A stretch of 64,000 nucleotides of DNA from Hydrolagus affinis. Lineage: Eukaryota. Below the pieces are notes generated by a model. It did not search any database. It worked only from the letters and a program-made list of their open reading frames with translations, and was not told the origin of the DNA. Position numbers and translations under genes: made by a program. Numbering within the stretch: position 1 is the stretch's first letter; each line of letters starts with the position of its first letter. The stretch is from NCBI GenBank assembly GCA_012026655.1, contig JAAILG010000176.1:1-64000 (forward strand), in the 5' to 3' direction. Positions 26,248-39,992 of the stretch are shown one piece after another.

Positions 26248-29200
26248 CATACAGCATTCATTCACAGAACTCACTGACTGTCAAGTGTAGTGACCGCATT
26301 TTGTGGGCAAATTTTATTCTGGCATTATCGTACAATGCACTAATTTCTCTGTTGTTATTCTCTGTCCTCCTGACTTGAAAAGCGCTATACAAATGTAATT
26401 TTGTTAGTTTTATTGAGCTAAATGTATTTCACATAAACATTCCCCAACAAAAAGTGCCATATCATTATGTTTTGCATTCTTTACCATCTCACTGAGGGAT
26501 ATCATAGTTAATGCTAATTATATATCAGTGGAAGGATTGCACTTTGATATTGAAAGCACTGAATTTTAAGATAACAAAATCAGAACCTACCCATCTTGGA
26601 GTTATTAATAACTCTAAGATTAAGCAAAATTGTTATGGATAGGATGTTACAGAAAAATAATAACTGACTGAGCATAATATATAATGAGGAATGTTAAGTG
26701 CAGGTAACAAAATAAGATAGTTGAAAAATTTAGAGATTTTTCATTATTATCAGAAATGTCATCCATGTGACACAATCTTTCATTTAATACAATCATTCTC
26801 TGTGAGAGGAATATCTACACAATCTTTTTTTGTGTGCAGGAAATATTCATTCTATTGCAATTTACATGAAGATAGTCAAATCTCGCAGTTTCACGGGGAT
26901 GTTATTTGTGTTGTAATTTTATTTCTTGTTTCTAGTTCAATTCTTGATTGCGTTGACTTTGTGCTGTTGTCCTTCAGCCAGTTCCACTCTGGCTGTGATT
27001 TGATAGCTGCAGCCATCCCTGATTCATACTGTCTGACAGGAACTGTGCTCAGTGAGAAACACAGGCTTTATAATGGATCCTTCCTCCCCTGAGATTGAAA
27101 TCTGTGTCTGCCTTGAGCTCATTCACCTAATCGCCCAAATGCTAACAGCAAGGTAGTGTCCATGAAAAAATGAAACTAAATTGATGAACCTAAACTTCCT
27201 TTTTGTTTAAATTAAAAAAATCCTGTAATTTTCAAGAAACTTTGCATTTCATAATGTAATAGTTTAGATAAGGTAATGAGCCTTGCCTTATATGACCACA
27301 TGGCCAACACTGGTATGCTGAAGTGACATGGACAATTCCAGGTGGCTAGTGCTTTTAATTGGGGAAACTGATGACACTCTGGAGGTGAGAATATCACCCA
27401 TTGTTACTTTTCATTAGTCACTCTGTAAGGCTGTGAATTGACTTTATGAACTCCTTTACACCATATTCATTTTTCCGTAACTTTTCTCTTAAAAAAGTTA
27501 TTTTTAAAATGCTAATTGATGTTCAATAAGTATATGTTTAATAATTGCACTAGCATAATGATATGGTAATTTTCAAGGGTGTTTTAAACTGGATCCAAAT
27601 TGTGCTGTATTTGATCTGCGAGTGTTTGATGTTGGCACTGGGTAAAACATTGGAACTGTTTCACTATTCTTCAAAGCAATCCTGCCCTTAAAGAGAATTA
27701 AACCTTAATTAAATATCTAATCTTTAAATTTCTACATGATCTGTATCTTAAATAGTGTGTGGGGTAAAATTGGTAGGGCATAAAGGCTTTAAGGTGCAGA
27801 CAGAGAGCGATGGGCATGTTGTGGAGTGTTTTAAAAAATATATATTATATATTCTCAATGTTTCAAATAGAAAGGAAATTGTAAAGATTGCATCTTAAAT
27901 TAGAGAGTGTAGGATGTCAAAATAGAGATGTGTTCATTTGCACGGGATGTAAATATATTGGAATAGCAATAAGGAGACGGGAGAATTCCCCTGCCAGAGA
28001 TCCATCGTAAACATGTGTTTGAAAATCAAGCTAAATTCACAATGATAAAAATACTACCTTTGCTGCTGAAGATTCAGTGTGGTAGTATATTTAGCTTATA
28101 ATGATCCAGTCGGCCTCCAGCTATGGTTGGTTTCACTTTAATATCAGGAGACAAAGGCTTTGTCACACCAAGACATTGAAAATGCGCTAACCGTCTATTC
28201 CTGGCATAGCTTCCATTCATGTATCAGTAAAGCTCATGTTAGACTTTAACACGAGTGTATGGTACATTTTATCATTGGCATTTCCCAACATTCTTAAATT
28301 GTGTGACAATTTCAGTAATTCACCATTTCTGAAGGAGAACAATTGTATTTCCTCAATTTCCTCAGTAGCTGGTGGTGGGGGGGATTTAATGTGTGATTAA
28401 AGAAGGAATATACTAAACCCCTTCACAGAGAAATTTGGGGGTTGGCTGAATACCAGTCATATTCTGCCTAAATTTTGTGTGTTCCTCACAATTAGCCTAT
28501 TATTCTTATAACCTTTGACTGCATTAGCTTAATGTGTTCCTTATTTCAACACTTCTGTACAAATTTTGTGGAATATGTAAGTGGGAAGCTGAATAGATAG
28601 TAATGTAATCCTGTAGGTAATTGCTGCTCTCTGGCTTGTTAGCCCAGCATGGTACTTTACAACTGTGGAAATGTATGACACATAATAGTACAAATGGGCC
28701 ATTTGGCTCGTTTTTCCATGTCTGTGTTCGCTCATTGAAGAAGAAGCTTCATGCATCTTTATCTTGATGATTTCCTTGTTAATGGACGGCATTGGAGTTT
28801 TAGCTTGAAATATGCGCTCAAAAGTTCCGACGCGAGATTTGAACCCACAACCATGCTGACGTATTTGGAGTGATGGAGGGAAAAATATTTTTGTGGATAG
28901 GTCAAATAGTCAAATACAAGGGCCAAGGCTAGGTAAACAAATCAGTTTTTGTTACACTAAATGCTCCCTTCGCACAACTTACTGTGTCCAAATTGAAGGA
29001 ATGAAATCTTGGTCTTTTCCACTGAACGGCCTGTGGTTAGCCTCAGCACAGAATGCAATAAAATTAGAATGTATTTTATTTGATCATCACTGCAGTGTAT
29101 TTCATTGAGATCCAGAACGAGACAGGCTTGTCGGCAGTTGACTCTGATGTTCACTCCTTTTCTGTGCTAAGATTATCTTGTATAGGCTTCGGTTCCCGCC

Positions 29201-32200
29201 TCCGCTCTCTTTTCCATTTAATGAAAGTTCTTCCAATCCCTCTTGAGCTTTGACATGGGGGTGGAAACTATCCTCTTTCCTGAGTTGCTTTCCATTCTCT
29301 CAACTGTCGGAAAAATTAACACTCTGGTCTGGTAGAGCATCTTTTTTCTTCCTTTCACTTTTTCTTCTGTACCCATTACATCCGTTTTGCATACATGGAG
29401 ATTTGGGAGTGAATTACTGTTAGATGCCATTCATGGAGTTAGGAATAAAAAAAATCCTTCTGATCTCATCCCTAACCAATCATCTGACGGGGGCAAGCAA
29501 CCAAAGTGAAACCTGTATGAAAGGAAAATAAAATTCCAATAATTCTCCTGACTCCTGAAGTTAATTGAGCAAAAATTCTAGAATATCATCTAATGCTACA
29601 ATATACATTATTCAGTCTTGACATTTCCACAGTCCCAACAGGACTGGCATCATAGCATTGCATAAAGTATTTAATCATCTCTAGCTTGTTCTAATCCAAA
29701 ATGTGCATATGCTTTCATTAGCATACCATTATGAGATGATTTACATCTCTTATTTTGATAGGTATTGCTATGTTGGGTTGTGCAATTTGTCCACAACAAA
29801 GCAGCAATATTGGAGCTGGGTGACCATGTGTAAAATCTGCATAATAGTCCACAACATAGCCCCACTAATCTTGGATAAACTCTGAAATGTAATTACTAAA
29901 AGAAGGGCTGATGTAAGTTTCTAAGCCTTCTCTGTAGCCATGATGACTTAAGTTCAGAAACTTTTTTTTTGAAAGGCCCAAGAAAGGAGAAACTTAATGT
30001 CACTACAGAATTGATTGGCAATGAACAGGAACATTTTCCGGTTCTGCCTTTTGCTCCTATTTCATCTCTATTAAGCAGGTAGTGACAAATAGACCTTGCA
30101 GATTGATGGAAAGGATCTATTTGCGATGTGTCTTCTTGGATCGGTTCCTAAATGAGGTTGGAGTGCAGAACATTAATGGATCTATCAGGCAATCCTTAAA
30201 ATAGATTTTGTCTAGAAGTAGTTAAGCCAAATCTTGGGGCTCGTTGATTTATAATTTGATCGTTTCCCAAATCTACTTGTCTATGCATTTTCGTAACAAC
30301 AATAAATTACACACATTATGTATATGTAATATATACATATTAGATATATATATACATATATATAGCACATTTCACGTTGGTTTAGAATGCCATTATCATA
30401 CATCTTTCTGGTTAGTTGCTGGTATCCATTACAACAATATGAATCCTAACACACTAGGTGTAAGACATTACAGTTTTACAGCACTATGTTCAATTTGATG
30501 AGGTTGGTAATGTTTCCTATTCTTCCTGCTATGCCTTGTAGAACATAGCAATGATAAAGTTTTCCCCGTAGTGAACGCACTAGCTCGTTCACTTGCTGTA
30601 CTTATTATTTCAGTGAACAAACTGCAAGCAATGCACCATGAACAGTCTACTGCATTGCTTAGTTGAAGTAGGGAGTAACTACTTATTTTGTTTTGTATAA
30701 TATCATTAATGGAACAAATTGATTAAGATCATTAAGATAATGTTGGCTTATCCTGGCTTCCATTTGTTGTTGATGTTCGAACATTTCTCGCTTTGAGTTG
30801 ACTGATCTTCCTTACTGCTGGCTAATGGTGAAATGTGGATCTAGATGTTGCTGCTGAATACTGGAGAGAAAAAGATTTCTCAAGTCTATTGCTGAAAGTT
30901 GTAATTTGACGTGTTTACGTGACATGTCTCAGAAGCTCAATTTCATTGAGTATAATTGTCCTCATGGGATCTTTTCTACCTACAAATCTCTAATGGTAGC
31001 TGTAATGGAGATAGGGTTTATTGGGGGCGATCCAATATTAAAGATTAATTGGGCTTACTCAAAAGAAGGAGTTTAAAGCTAGGATATTTATGTACTGTGT
31101 GTGTTTCTGTCAGAAAGAGTTTATCTTCCCTCCACAATATTATTACAACACCTAAAACATACAGGAATCTAACAGTTATTCAAATAAATAATGTTAGAAT
31201 GCGCGTTCGACCATCTGTATTATCTCATCACATAACTCAAATAAATATGCGTAAGACGATCACACTCTCCAAAATGATAATGTTGTCTTTGAGTTTATAG
31301 GAGGGTTAATGGTGTGTTGACAGCTGTTAATGAGGGTTTCAACATCTGTGATTGATCAAATAAATTCACAGATTTGTTTAGTATTCAAATTTCCAAAGCA
31401 CATTTCAGGAAATGCATCACACGGACATCTATCTCGTGTTAACCTCCTGTCCTATCAGAACAAACATTGTCAGTAATTCCATTTAACATCAGCGTTATGC
31501 AAAATGGAATCAAAATAAATCTTTGCAAGATCAGCTATGCTCATATTAAATAAGTGTTTAAAAATTGAGGAGATTCTGCTGTTCAGGGGGAGTTATGTGA
31601 CTAGATAATACATTCCCAAAACTGCCTGATATGGCACTGTGTTTTTTGATGAGATGCTGGGAAGTATATTTACACAGAGGGAATCAACAACTGGAACTAA
31701 TTCCCAGAGAGGGTGGTTCCAAAACAGCTTGATGTTGTAACCAGAGGATAGTGGAGTTAGTGTTTTGATCCTACCTGGTAGCCCTGAATCAAAGCCAAAA
31801 GACCTGTCATGAGTAAATATCTTGTTTCTGATTCTGCAACCAACTGGTGCTCAAAATGGCAGCAGCGTTGGGTTTGAATATTCATGTCCCTTCTAAAAAT
31901 AGCTGATGGGGTCTTAAAATAAGGAAATCTCGACCAGATGATACTTGTTGAATCCTGCTGGTAACCAGAAATCTGTTATCCTGACTTCTCGGAAGTATGC
32001 TTTGATGTCTAAGCCCTTCCTAAGTCAGTTTTTAAGTCCATTGATCTCACACTACCAGAAGACTAACTTGACCATCTTCCCTTTAATTTTTTTTTACTGA
32101 TAATCGGTTCCAATTGTTGATTACCTCTTTGCATAAAGAAATACTTCCTGGTTTCTGTAACCAGAAATGTGCATCGCTGGATCACTAATTAAATAAAGAA

Positions 32201-32689
32201 TGAGAAAAAAGTGATCTCCACTGTTGATTGAACTGGGCTATCATTAATATTAACCTAGATCCTTCATGGCGAATGCGTTTCAAGCTTTATATTAAAAATC
32301 TGCTGTTGTAATTAACTTTGTGAGAAATGACTTGGAGGTTGAATGCAAAGATCTGTTTTCAGTGCAATTTTCTCATCTCATTTTACCTGACTTAACATTA
32401 ATAGAAATGTATCAACATAGTGCTTTTCTTTGGAGTCCTTGCTGATTCAACTATTTTCGTAAATGGCTTACGTGACGGTACATGTTAAATATCAACAGGG
32501 TAATTTCAGGAATAACCTCATGGTGCATTAACCTTCCATTGGTAGGGGCAATGATTCAGATTATATTCAAAGGAACACAACAAAGGCTAATTTTCTGGTG
32601 AATGCTGGAAGGCGAAGAACATTAGTAAGAATACCTTTGGCCTATTTTGTTTTGCCCTTTCACCTATTTAGTTTCTAGAAAAGTGGGGG

Positions 32690-33095
32690 TGACCCTAGGT
32701 AGGCAGGATCAAAGCAGTAGGCTTTGACAGGAGAGATGAAGAACAATGAAGAGATTGGGGTGAGGTAAAGGGGAATGAGTTCCACAAGATAGGGTTGAAG
32801 AATCTAAAAGCTTGGCCCATTGATGATTTGGGGGAGTGGTGGTGTTGGGAGAACGGTGGGAGGTTGTGTAGCAAACCTGAGTTAGCTCAATTGCCCGTCA
32901 TGACACCACTGCTCTCTGGATCTCCTTGCCATTATCCCCCTCCCCTCACTGGCTTTCTATCCTACTTTGAAACCTACCTTGATAACTATGCCTGTGGTTA
33001 GCTCTCACTTCTCCCTTTCTCTACCTCGCTAATGTGAAGCGCTCCTGAGACCCTACCCTGCCTGAATGGTGCTATACAAATACAATGGTGTTGTT
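32690..33095. mobile_element. Composite of old L2 fragments (- then +)
   Basis: G-rich gagttccacaagatagggttgaag...ggcccattgatg (reverse L2), then C-rich ttgaaacctacctt...gctatacaaatacaatggtgttgtt (forward L2 tail). Confidence 0.5.
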
Positions 33096-34075
33096 CTGCA
33101 GAGGTAAAGCAAAGTGATGGTTAATTTGGACTGAAGATATTATTTCTTCTAGTGAGCTACAAAGTTAGGGTATTGAGGGACATGAGATTAAAAGATCTCC
33201 GTCAGCATATGGTAGAACCCAAACAAAGTGGGCTCCCTCCTCTAGTGAAATTGAACCAGAAGAGTGTAAAAGTTTCATCTGTAGAGCCAAGCCTGTGTTG
33301 ACGCTACATCAGCCATTAAATTAATAGCGAGTTGCCAATTACTTAATGTAATCCAAAGAGATCGTGTGAAATCAAGCTGAAAGTAATGAACAATCTCGTT
33401 CAGTGTTTGAATTGGCATCATTCTGTTTTGGTAATGAATGGAGGGATCTGCTCTCAGGTTAACGTGTTCCCACACACAACCATTTCGAGCCATTTGTTGG
33501 GCTACCGTGCACTCCGAAGCACCTTTAGTGAACCCAGCATCTTCGGCGATGAGGTGAAGCGGGGACAATGTCAAATGGTTGTTTTGGTCATCAATTGTTT
33601 AACTAACCGTTGGAATAATTTATACTGAGAATAATTCATTTGAAATTTATTCAACAAATTTATATTAATGAGTGACTTGTAGCCTGAGGCAGTCTCAAAA
33701 CAAATGCCTGGATAGAAACTTTGTCCAATGATCATGTTAGAGTCACTGAATTACTGTACCAGTGGATGGGAGGGAGCGGGGGTTGGAAACAAGTGCAGTG
33801 TAATGCTTTTTTACATTTTTAATGCTTTAGAATAATTGTTTAAACTTGTTTAATTTAGGCTGAGCTTCTCAGCGTTGTGTGACCTACCTGACTGGTACGA
33901 GCAGCCATTAATTAAGCTGTGTCAAGTCTTCCTTATATATAAAGATTTATTGATACATAAATTCTAATTTACCTCATTCTGGATTTGTTTCATGTGTGGG
34001 TCTCCAGAGGTAAGTCTACAATTATTTTGGACAGCCACAGCTATCAGTGGAAATAAATGGAGCACCAGCTTTTCG

Positions 34076-34413
34076 TGGAGCTCCTGTGGCTTAGTGGTTA
34101 GAGCACTTGTCTTACAAACTGGGGAGACCAAGCTGGGGAGACCTGTGTTCGAATCTAGGCAGGTGAGGGCGAAACCTTGGGCAAGTTTCCTTACTCCACA
34201 CGCCTAATAATAATCTGTCCAAAAAAACCACAATAATAAAATTGGTCATTTCAATCCACGACTGTTTGTGGGACACTGCTGTGCGCAATTGGCTGCCGCG
34301 ATTCGTCCACAAATATATAGTCAATTCACTTTACCGTGTATTCTGTGAAGCGCCTTGGGACGTCGATAAGATGTGAAAAGCGCTATATCAAATGCAAGGA
34401 TTATTATTATTAT
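34076..34413 (+). mobile_element. Full-length tRNA-derived SINE with internal 11-bp duplication
   Basis: A box tggcttagtggttagagc, ctggggagacc twice, B box gttcgaatct, (att)n tail; a reverse L2 tail follows at about 34423-34465. Confidence 0.88.
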
Positions 34414-34939
34414 TTATAGTAAAGCAACAACAACAACAACAAAATTACATTTGCATAGTGCCTTTCTAGCTGGGCAGATTTATATTGTTACGTTTTTCTA
34501 TTTATCTTATTGCTTATCCCTTTTGCATTTTCGCAAATGCTGGATGTCTTACAAAACTCTGATTTGGTTTCCGGTTTGTACATTTCTGAGATGCTTACAA
34601 TGTGCATATATACCCCTTTGCTTATTTATCCTTGATGCTACCCTGGCAATTTATTTGGATTCTCTGTACATTTACAAATTTTGTATATTTTATCGAAAAG
34701 AATTGCTGTGTTCCTAGACCTTGGGATTGGTTTTGAGGGCACCTATAGAGAAGTATAAACTATGAAAAAAAAATCATTTTATCAATAGTCTTGATTCTGA
34801 GCATTGAATTATTGCAGGAAAGAAAATGTCATATCAGCAAGACTTCAGTGGTACCTGTGGCAAATTTGTCTTGTCATTGTTTCACTGTGCATCTGCAGGT
34901 GCCATGTGTACTAGTTGAGATCTCTCTCCCCAACCCAGC

Positions 34940-35250
34940 ACCCGTTGCCTTTGTTCCTCCGGCTCTGGTCTACTCCTTGTACCCCGAATCCTCCGCTCCA
35001 CCATCAGCGGCCGTGCCTTCAACCACTACACCCCGAAGCTCTGGAACTCCCTTCCTCACTCCCTTCACTTTGCCCCCTCTCTTCCTAGTTTCAGGACTCA
35101 GCTGAAGAACTTTCTTTTCGACCGCACCTTCGGTCACCTTTTTCCCCCCTCCCCCTGGCTTGGGGGAAAGGTAGGGTGACCGATGGCACATTTTTTTTCT
35201 TTTTTTCCTTCTCTACATTTTATTTCTTCTCTACTCTCCCTTCTCCCTTC
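34940..35250 (+). mobile_element. L2 3' fragment
   Basis: Same family as 13078-13230 (ccgaatcctccgctccaccatcagcggccgtgccttc...ctctggaactc...cagctgaaga). Confidence 0.8.
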
Positions 35251-36703
35251 ACCAATGAGTGGAAGTAGTGTGTGTGTGGAAAAGAGGTCTTGGGGTCAAA
35301 GTGATTGGTTATAAATTGAATAAATAATGTATTCCGAAACAATTTGCACAGCTCAGATCTATCCATAGTGAGTGAGGCAGGAGCTCAGACGTTGAACCTA
35401 ATGAGAAATGTAAGTAGAATTCCAACATCTTAAAATGGAGCCAACAGAGGATGTTCTCCTACATCCTGGGGGTATCCTCCGTATTGAGTGCCTGTTACAT
35501 TAATGGCCAGAGTTCCTGCCAAACTCTAAACGGTAATGATCTGAATATTTAAATTACCTCACTAATCGTGCACAGTGCACATAAAGCCAATATTTTGTTC
35601 GCGTTGAAAGCCGCTTATCAGACAGGGACATCTATGCTCATATGTGCAGTATCTGAGAAATAAAATGGAAAATTTAGAACTTGAAGAGGGATTTTGTATC
35701 TACCGCTGTGATTATTATGCCAAGCTCTTTCTATAGCTTTATCATCGTACAACACAAAGCCGTTGAGGATAAATTCTTTGGTTCAATTTCTCGTCTTAGA
35801 ATTCAGTTATTAGACTGTCACGTTAAAGATGATCTTCATAAAATCACAATAACATGCACTGTATGCCACAGCCAGTAATATCACAGAGTGCAGCACTCAT
35901 CTTTATTTATTCATTCAACCGTTTTCTCTCAATTTGATTTGTTTCCTGAAATGAGAGTTCAGAATTGTGCACACTTGTAAATGTCAGGACTTTTTGAGGC
36001 TCTCAAATTGAGGAAACTGGCTCTTCTGCACCCCATTATTTTATAGCTGGGGAAACTTTTTGCTCAACCTCTGCGATTGAAGTGAGGCATTACTGATGGC
36101 TTATTATAAGAGTAACTTTGGATGCCTGGTGGAAGCTACCTCCTGCTTCATTCAATCCATCTTAACATATCAGGGTGGAAAGAAAGAGCAGAGTTCAAGC
36201 ATTTAGTGCATTTTGCTCTGGCAATTGGAATTACAATTTCGAATGAGCAGAAGAGTGGAAGGGTAATGGGATCATCTCCCCTCTAACTCGAAAAGGCAAC
36301 CCCAGAGCCTCAGGAGAGAAAATTAAAAGATGCTTTTAATGGAGAAACAAACAATATTTCTGGTTGGTCACCAACTCCGTAAGATGTCTAGCAGCCACTT
36401 GAACATTTCCATTCAACAAGAAGGGAAAACGACAGCAAGATAGGGCTGTAAAAGGTCAAACAAAATGAGGAGTGAGGACACATGCTAATGGTGTGGTTGG
36501 GGGGGAGGGTGAAAGTGCTACTTTAATTACCCCCCCTACTCTCGTGTGACCTAGATGTGATTGATGCCCTCACACATGACATCTAGTGTCAAAATAAATC
36601 TGGATAAATTGAGATTATTTATGCCTGATATAAAAGAGAGGAAAAAAAAGCTAAACACAACAGATATGGCACTCTTCTTTCACATTGCTTCATTCATTCA
36701 TTC

Positions 36704-36733
36704 ACACACACACCACACACACACACACACACA
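36704..36733. repeat. (CA)n microsatellite
   Basis: Interrupted CA run preceded by (TTCA)n. Confidence 0.85.
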
Positions 36734-37055
36734 GAAAAGGAAAAGGCAAATTAAGGAAAAGAAACTGACAGAAGGAGTATTAAAACAACGATGGTGGGAA
36801 TGCCAGTGGCTCAGTGAATTGTACTCAAATGCACACTGACATGGTGTGGTAGGACAGAGAGAAAGTGTCTGCGGTGATTCAATCTTTAAGTGTGGAAGTA
36901 AAAACATTTTTGAAAATATAATGTGAAAATCTACTGTGGCAGCAGACATATATTTTGTGAACCAAGCTATGGGCAACAAATAGATGAGCTAAGGCTCTTC
37001 AGTCTTGATAGAAAAGACATTTCAGACAAGACCGTATACAGGTACCTAAAACTTT

Positions 37056-37381
37056 AATAACAATAGTAATCCTTGCATTTGATGTAGCGCTTTTCATGTC
37101 TTCAAGACTTCTCAAAGCGCTTCACAGAATATACTGTACAGTGAATTGACTGTATATTTGTGGACAAAATGCCTAATAATAATCCCTCAAAACAAAAACA
37201 ATAATACAATTGGTCATTTCATTCCATGACTGTTTGTGGGACACTGTTGTACTCAATTGGCTCCCGCATTTCGCCCACAAATACACAGTCAATTCACTTT
37301 ACAGTATATTTTGTGAAGTACTTTGAGACATCTAGAAGACGTGAAAAGTGCTATATCAAATGCAAGGATTATTATTATTAT
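37056..37381. mobile_element. Inverted pair of truncated SINEs (- then +)
   Basis: 37056-37172 is the reverse complement of 37267-37381 with scattered mismatches. Confidence 0.85.
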
Positions 37382-38132
37382 GAATGTAAACTTGCATTTA
37401 GAACTAAAACAGTAGAGTTTCTGACGATCCTTTTTCGTATAATATTCCTGGTTATTTCCAGAAATTAGGTTGTGTTGTTAGAGGAGTACTTCACAAATAA
37501 AGTATTCTTCTAACAATATAACCTCATTCCTTTAATCCTTTGATCAAATAAACTGAAGCTAGATTAGCATTGCTTCAGTTCTTTTAATAAATTATCGCAT
37601 ATTTCCCTCCAGTGATAACCTTTTCATTTTCTACACGAATTTCTTTTAAAATACATTCTGTGAATTCATGTTTTGTCTTTGCTCCTGCTTCGACTTAATG
37701 TTACACTTATAATTTAACATTTTACTTCACTTATTTCATAGCCTATCTTAATATATTAAATTTGTTGAATAATTTATTTGATAGCTTTTTTTATTACATT
37801 GCATCTGTTTCCATGTCATTCATTTTTATACATCATTTTCAACCCCCAATTTCTCTTTGTTTCAAAATCCCTTTCTTTTACTATTCCTTTCACCTCCCTT
37901 TTTTTAATCTTTTTCAAAAACATGTTGACCATTATTCTCCTCCATTCAATTTGAATTATGTTATTTTTAAATAGTTTTCTTTGTTTATGAATCAGGCAAA
38001 CAAAATGTTAATAAATAGATATTAGTGTTTCAGCATATATCAGGTGCAAAGGGTTAGATATTCTGTTGAGCATATATTCATTGTGTAGTGTACATTAATA
38101 GTGCTTCTAACACAAAATGTGTATACGAAAGT

Positions 38133-38480
38133 TAATAGTAATAATAATAATCGCATTTGATGCAGCATTTTTCAGGTCTTCTAGATGTCTCAAAGTGGTT
38201 CCGAGAATATACTGTAAAATAAATTCATTATATTTGTTGTATGGATGAAATACAGAACCCAGTAGAGCTTTGGAGTGTCCAACAAACAGTTCTGGATTGA
38301 GAATTCTTCTTGACGTGATAGGCACTATAAAAGTGTAATTTTGTTGTTGTTATTCAATCCCCCCAAAATGTTTTGGATGGATTATTATCAGCCATGTGGA
38401 GTCGGGAAACGTGCCCAAGATTTTGCCCTGCCTGGAATCGAACTCAGGTCTCTCGCTTGCAAGGCGAGTGCTCTAACCAT
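38133..38480 (-). mobile_element. SINE interrupted by an opposite-strand LINE-type tail
   Basis: Reverse tail and body 38133-38295; gacgtgataggcactataaaagtgtaatt(ttg)n at about 38310-38352; reverse head ctggaatcgaactcaggtctc...gtgctctaacca. Confidence 0.7.
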
Positions 38481-39667
38481 GGAATGAAAACATTCTGATT
38501 TTGTTGAACATTTATCTTACGGTTACATATGTTTATATGTGCCCGCCCACCCCAACCCCCACCCACAACGTAAAATGTTCCTGCACCTATGGTTGTGCCC
38601 TCACTAATGCTCTTGTTTTCATTGTCAGTGATGCCATGTCAGACCCACTCCTTTGCTTTTCTGCCAAAAATTTACTCAGACAGACTTCCTGAAAGTCTCA
38701 TTGACAGTGACTTGGCCCTTTCTGGAGTCAAACCGGGGGCAATTTCTCTCCCCACCCCCCCAACCACAGTCTGAGTACAATCTACCTCCCTGGGCAGGTG
38801 CTTTGTTTGCCTGTAGCTAGAATGTTTTCTGAGAGCATGACTTTGCAACTGAATCATATCAAATGGATTTGTGCGCTTGTATTATTCATTGTCTTTAATC
38901 AGGCTAAACCTCATCGTATAATTGAGGTTGCCAGAGTGCAGCTCAAGGTACAGAACCAAGAACAAGGCAAAATAAGTGTTTTAAAAGAACACTTCGAGAA
39001 GCAATTATGTGGAATCATCTCACAGCGGATGATACGACAACAAAGCACGATGTTTCTGTGCTTATTGAAGCATATTTTATGGTTGTTTCAGGGACGACAA
39101 AGGTTAGGAAGGACTAACCAGGACAAAGCACTGTCATTATAAAAGAGTAAAAATCCATTCATGTGAATTATTACAACGTTCACTTCCTCCAACAAATCCC
39201 TTGTTTGTTTCAAGCTGCTCAGCGCTACAGAGCATAGCCCTTCCTTTGAAATCCCAGGATTCAAACATTGAACAATATCCTATGAATAATTAGGATTTAA
39301 ATGTGTCTGACATCTAAGAAAGGAAGTTTGTTCTGTGTGAAGTTTTGTCACTGTCTTGAATGTTTATGTGAACCGTGCATATTCTCATGCTACCTGGAAA
39401 GCATAATACTTCGATGAATATTTGGTATAAGTGACCGTACAAGGAAGTGTCCTCCACTAGTTTCTCCAATTGGTGGCACAGTGGATTATCTCAGTTAAAA
39501 ATTTGCTATTATTTGTGAATCTGACTGTGCATTCCTTTCAGGTCAAAACCCACTAAAATACAGCAACTTGTGTTCACGCCGAATTTATGTTCATTTCCCC
39601 TATCATTTTGTGCTGGTTAAACGTTGAGTTGACGGTGGACTCTGAAAGTGGGTTACACACTATTAAT

Positions 39668-39992
39668 AGTAATAATAATAAACCCAGCAGTTGATATAGC
39701 ACTTTTCAGATCATATCGACCTCAGAAAGCGCTTCACAGAATATACTGTCGAGTGAATTGACTGTATATTTGTGAGCGAAACGCAGCAGCCAATTGCACA
39801 GAGCAGTGTCCCACAAACAATTGTGGATTTAAATGACCAATTTATATTATTGTGTTTTTTTTTTGGAGGGATTATTATTAGGCACGTGGAGTAAGGAAAC
39901 TCGCCCAAGGTTTCGCCCTGAACCTGCCTGGATTCGAATACGGGTCTCACTCTTGTAAGGCGAGTGCTCTAACCACTGAGCTACAGGAGCTC
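39668..39992 (-). mobile_element. Full-length tRNA-derived SINE with target-site duplication
   Basis: Reverse A and B boxes (ggattcgaata, ctaaccactgagcta); cactattaat repeated at 39658-39667 and 39993-40002. Confidence 0.9.

Noticed and set aside
34076-34165. tRNA genes at SINE heads (also 24491, 25953, 39920, 43111, 47050)
   Set aside because: A and B boxes are present, but there is no intact acceptor stem and each continues into the SINE body and tail.
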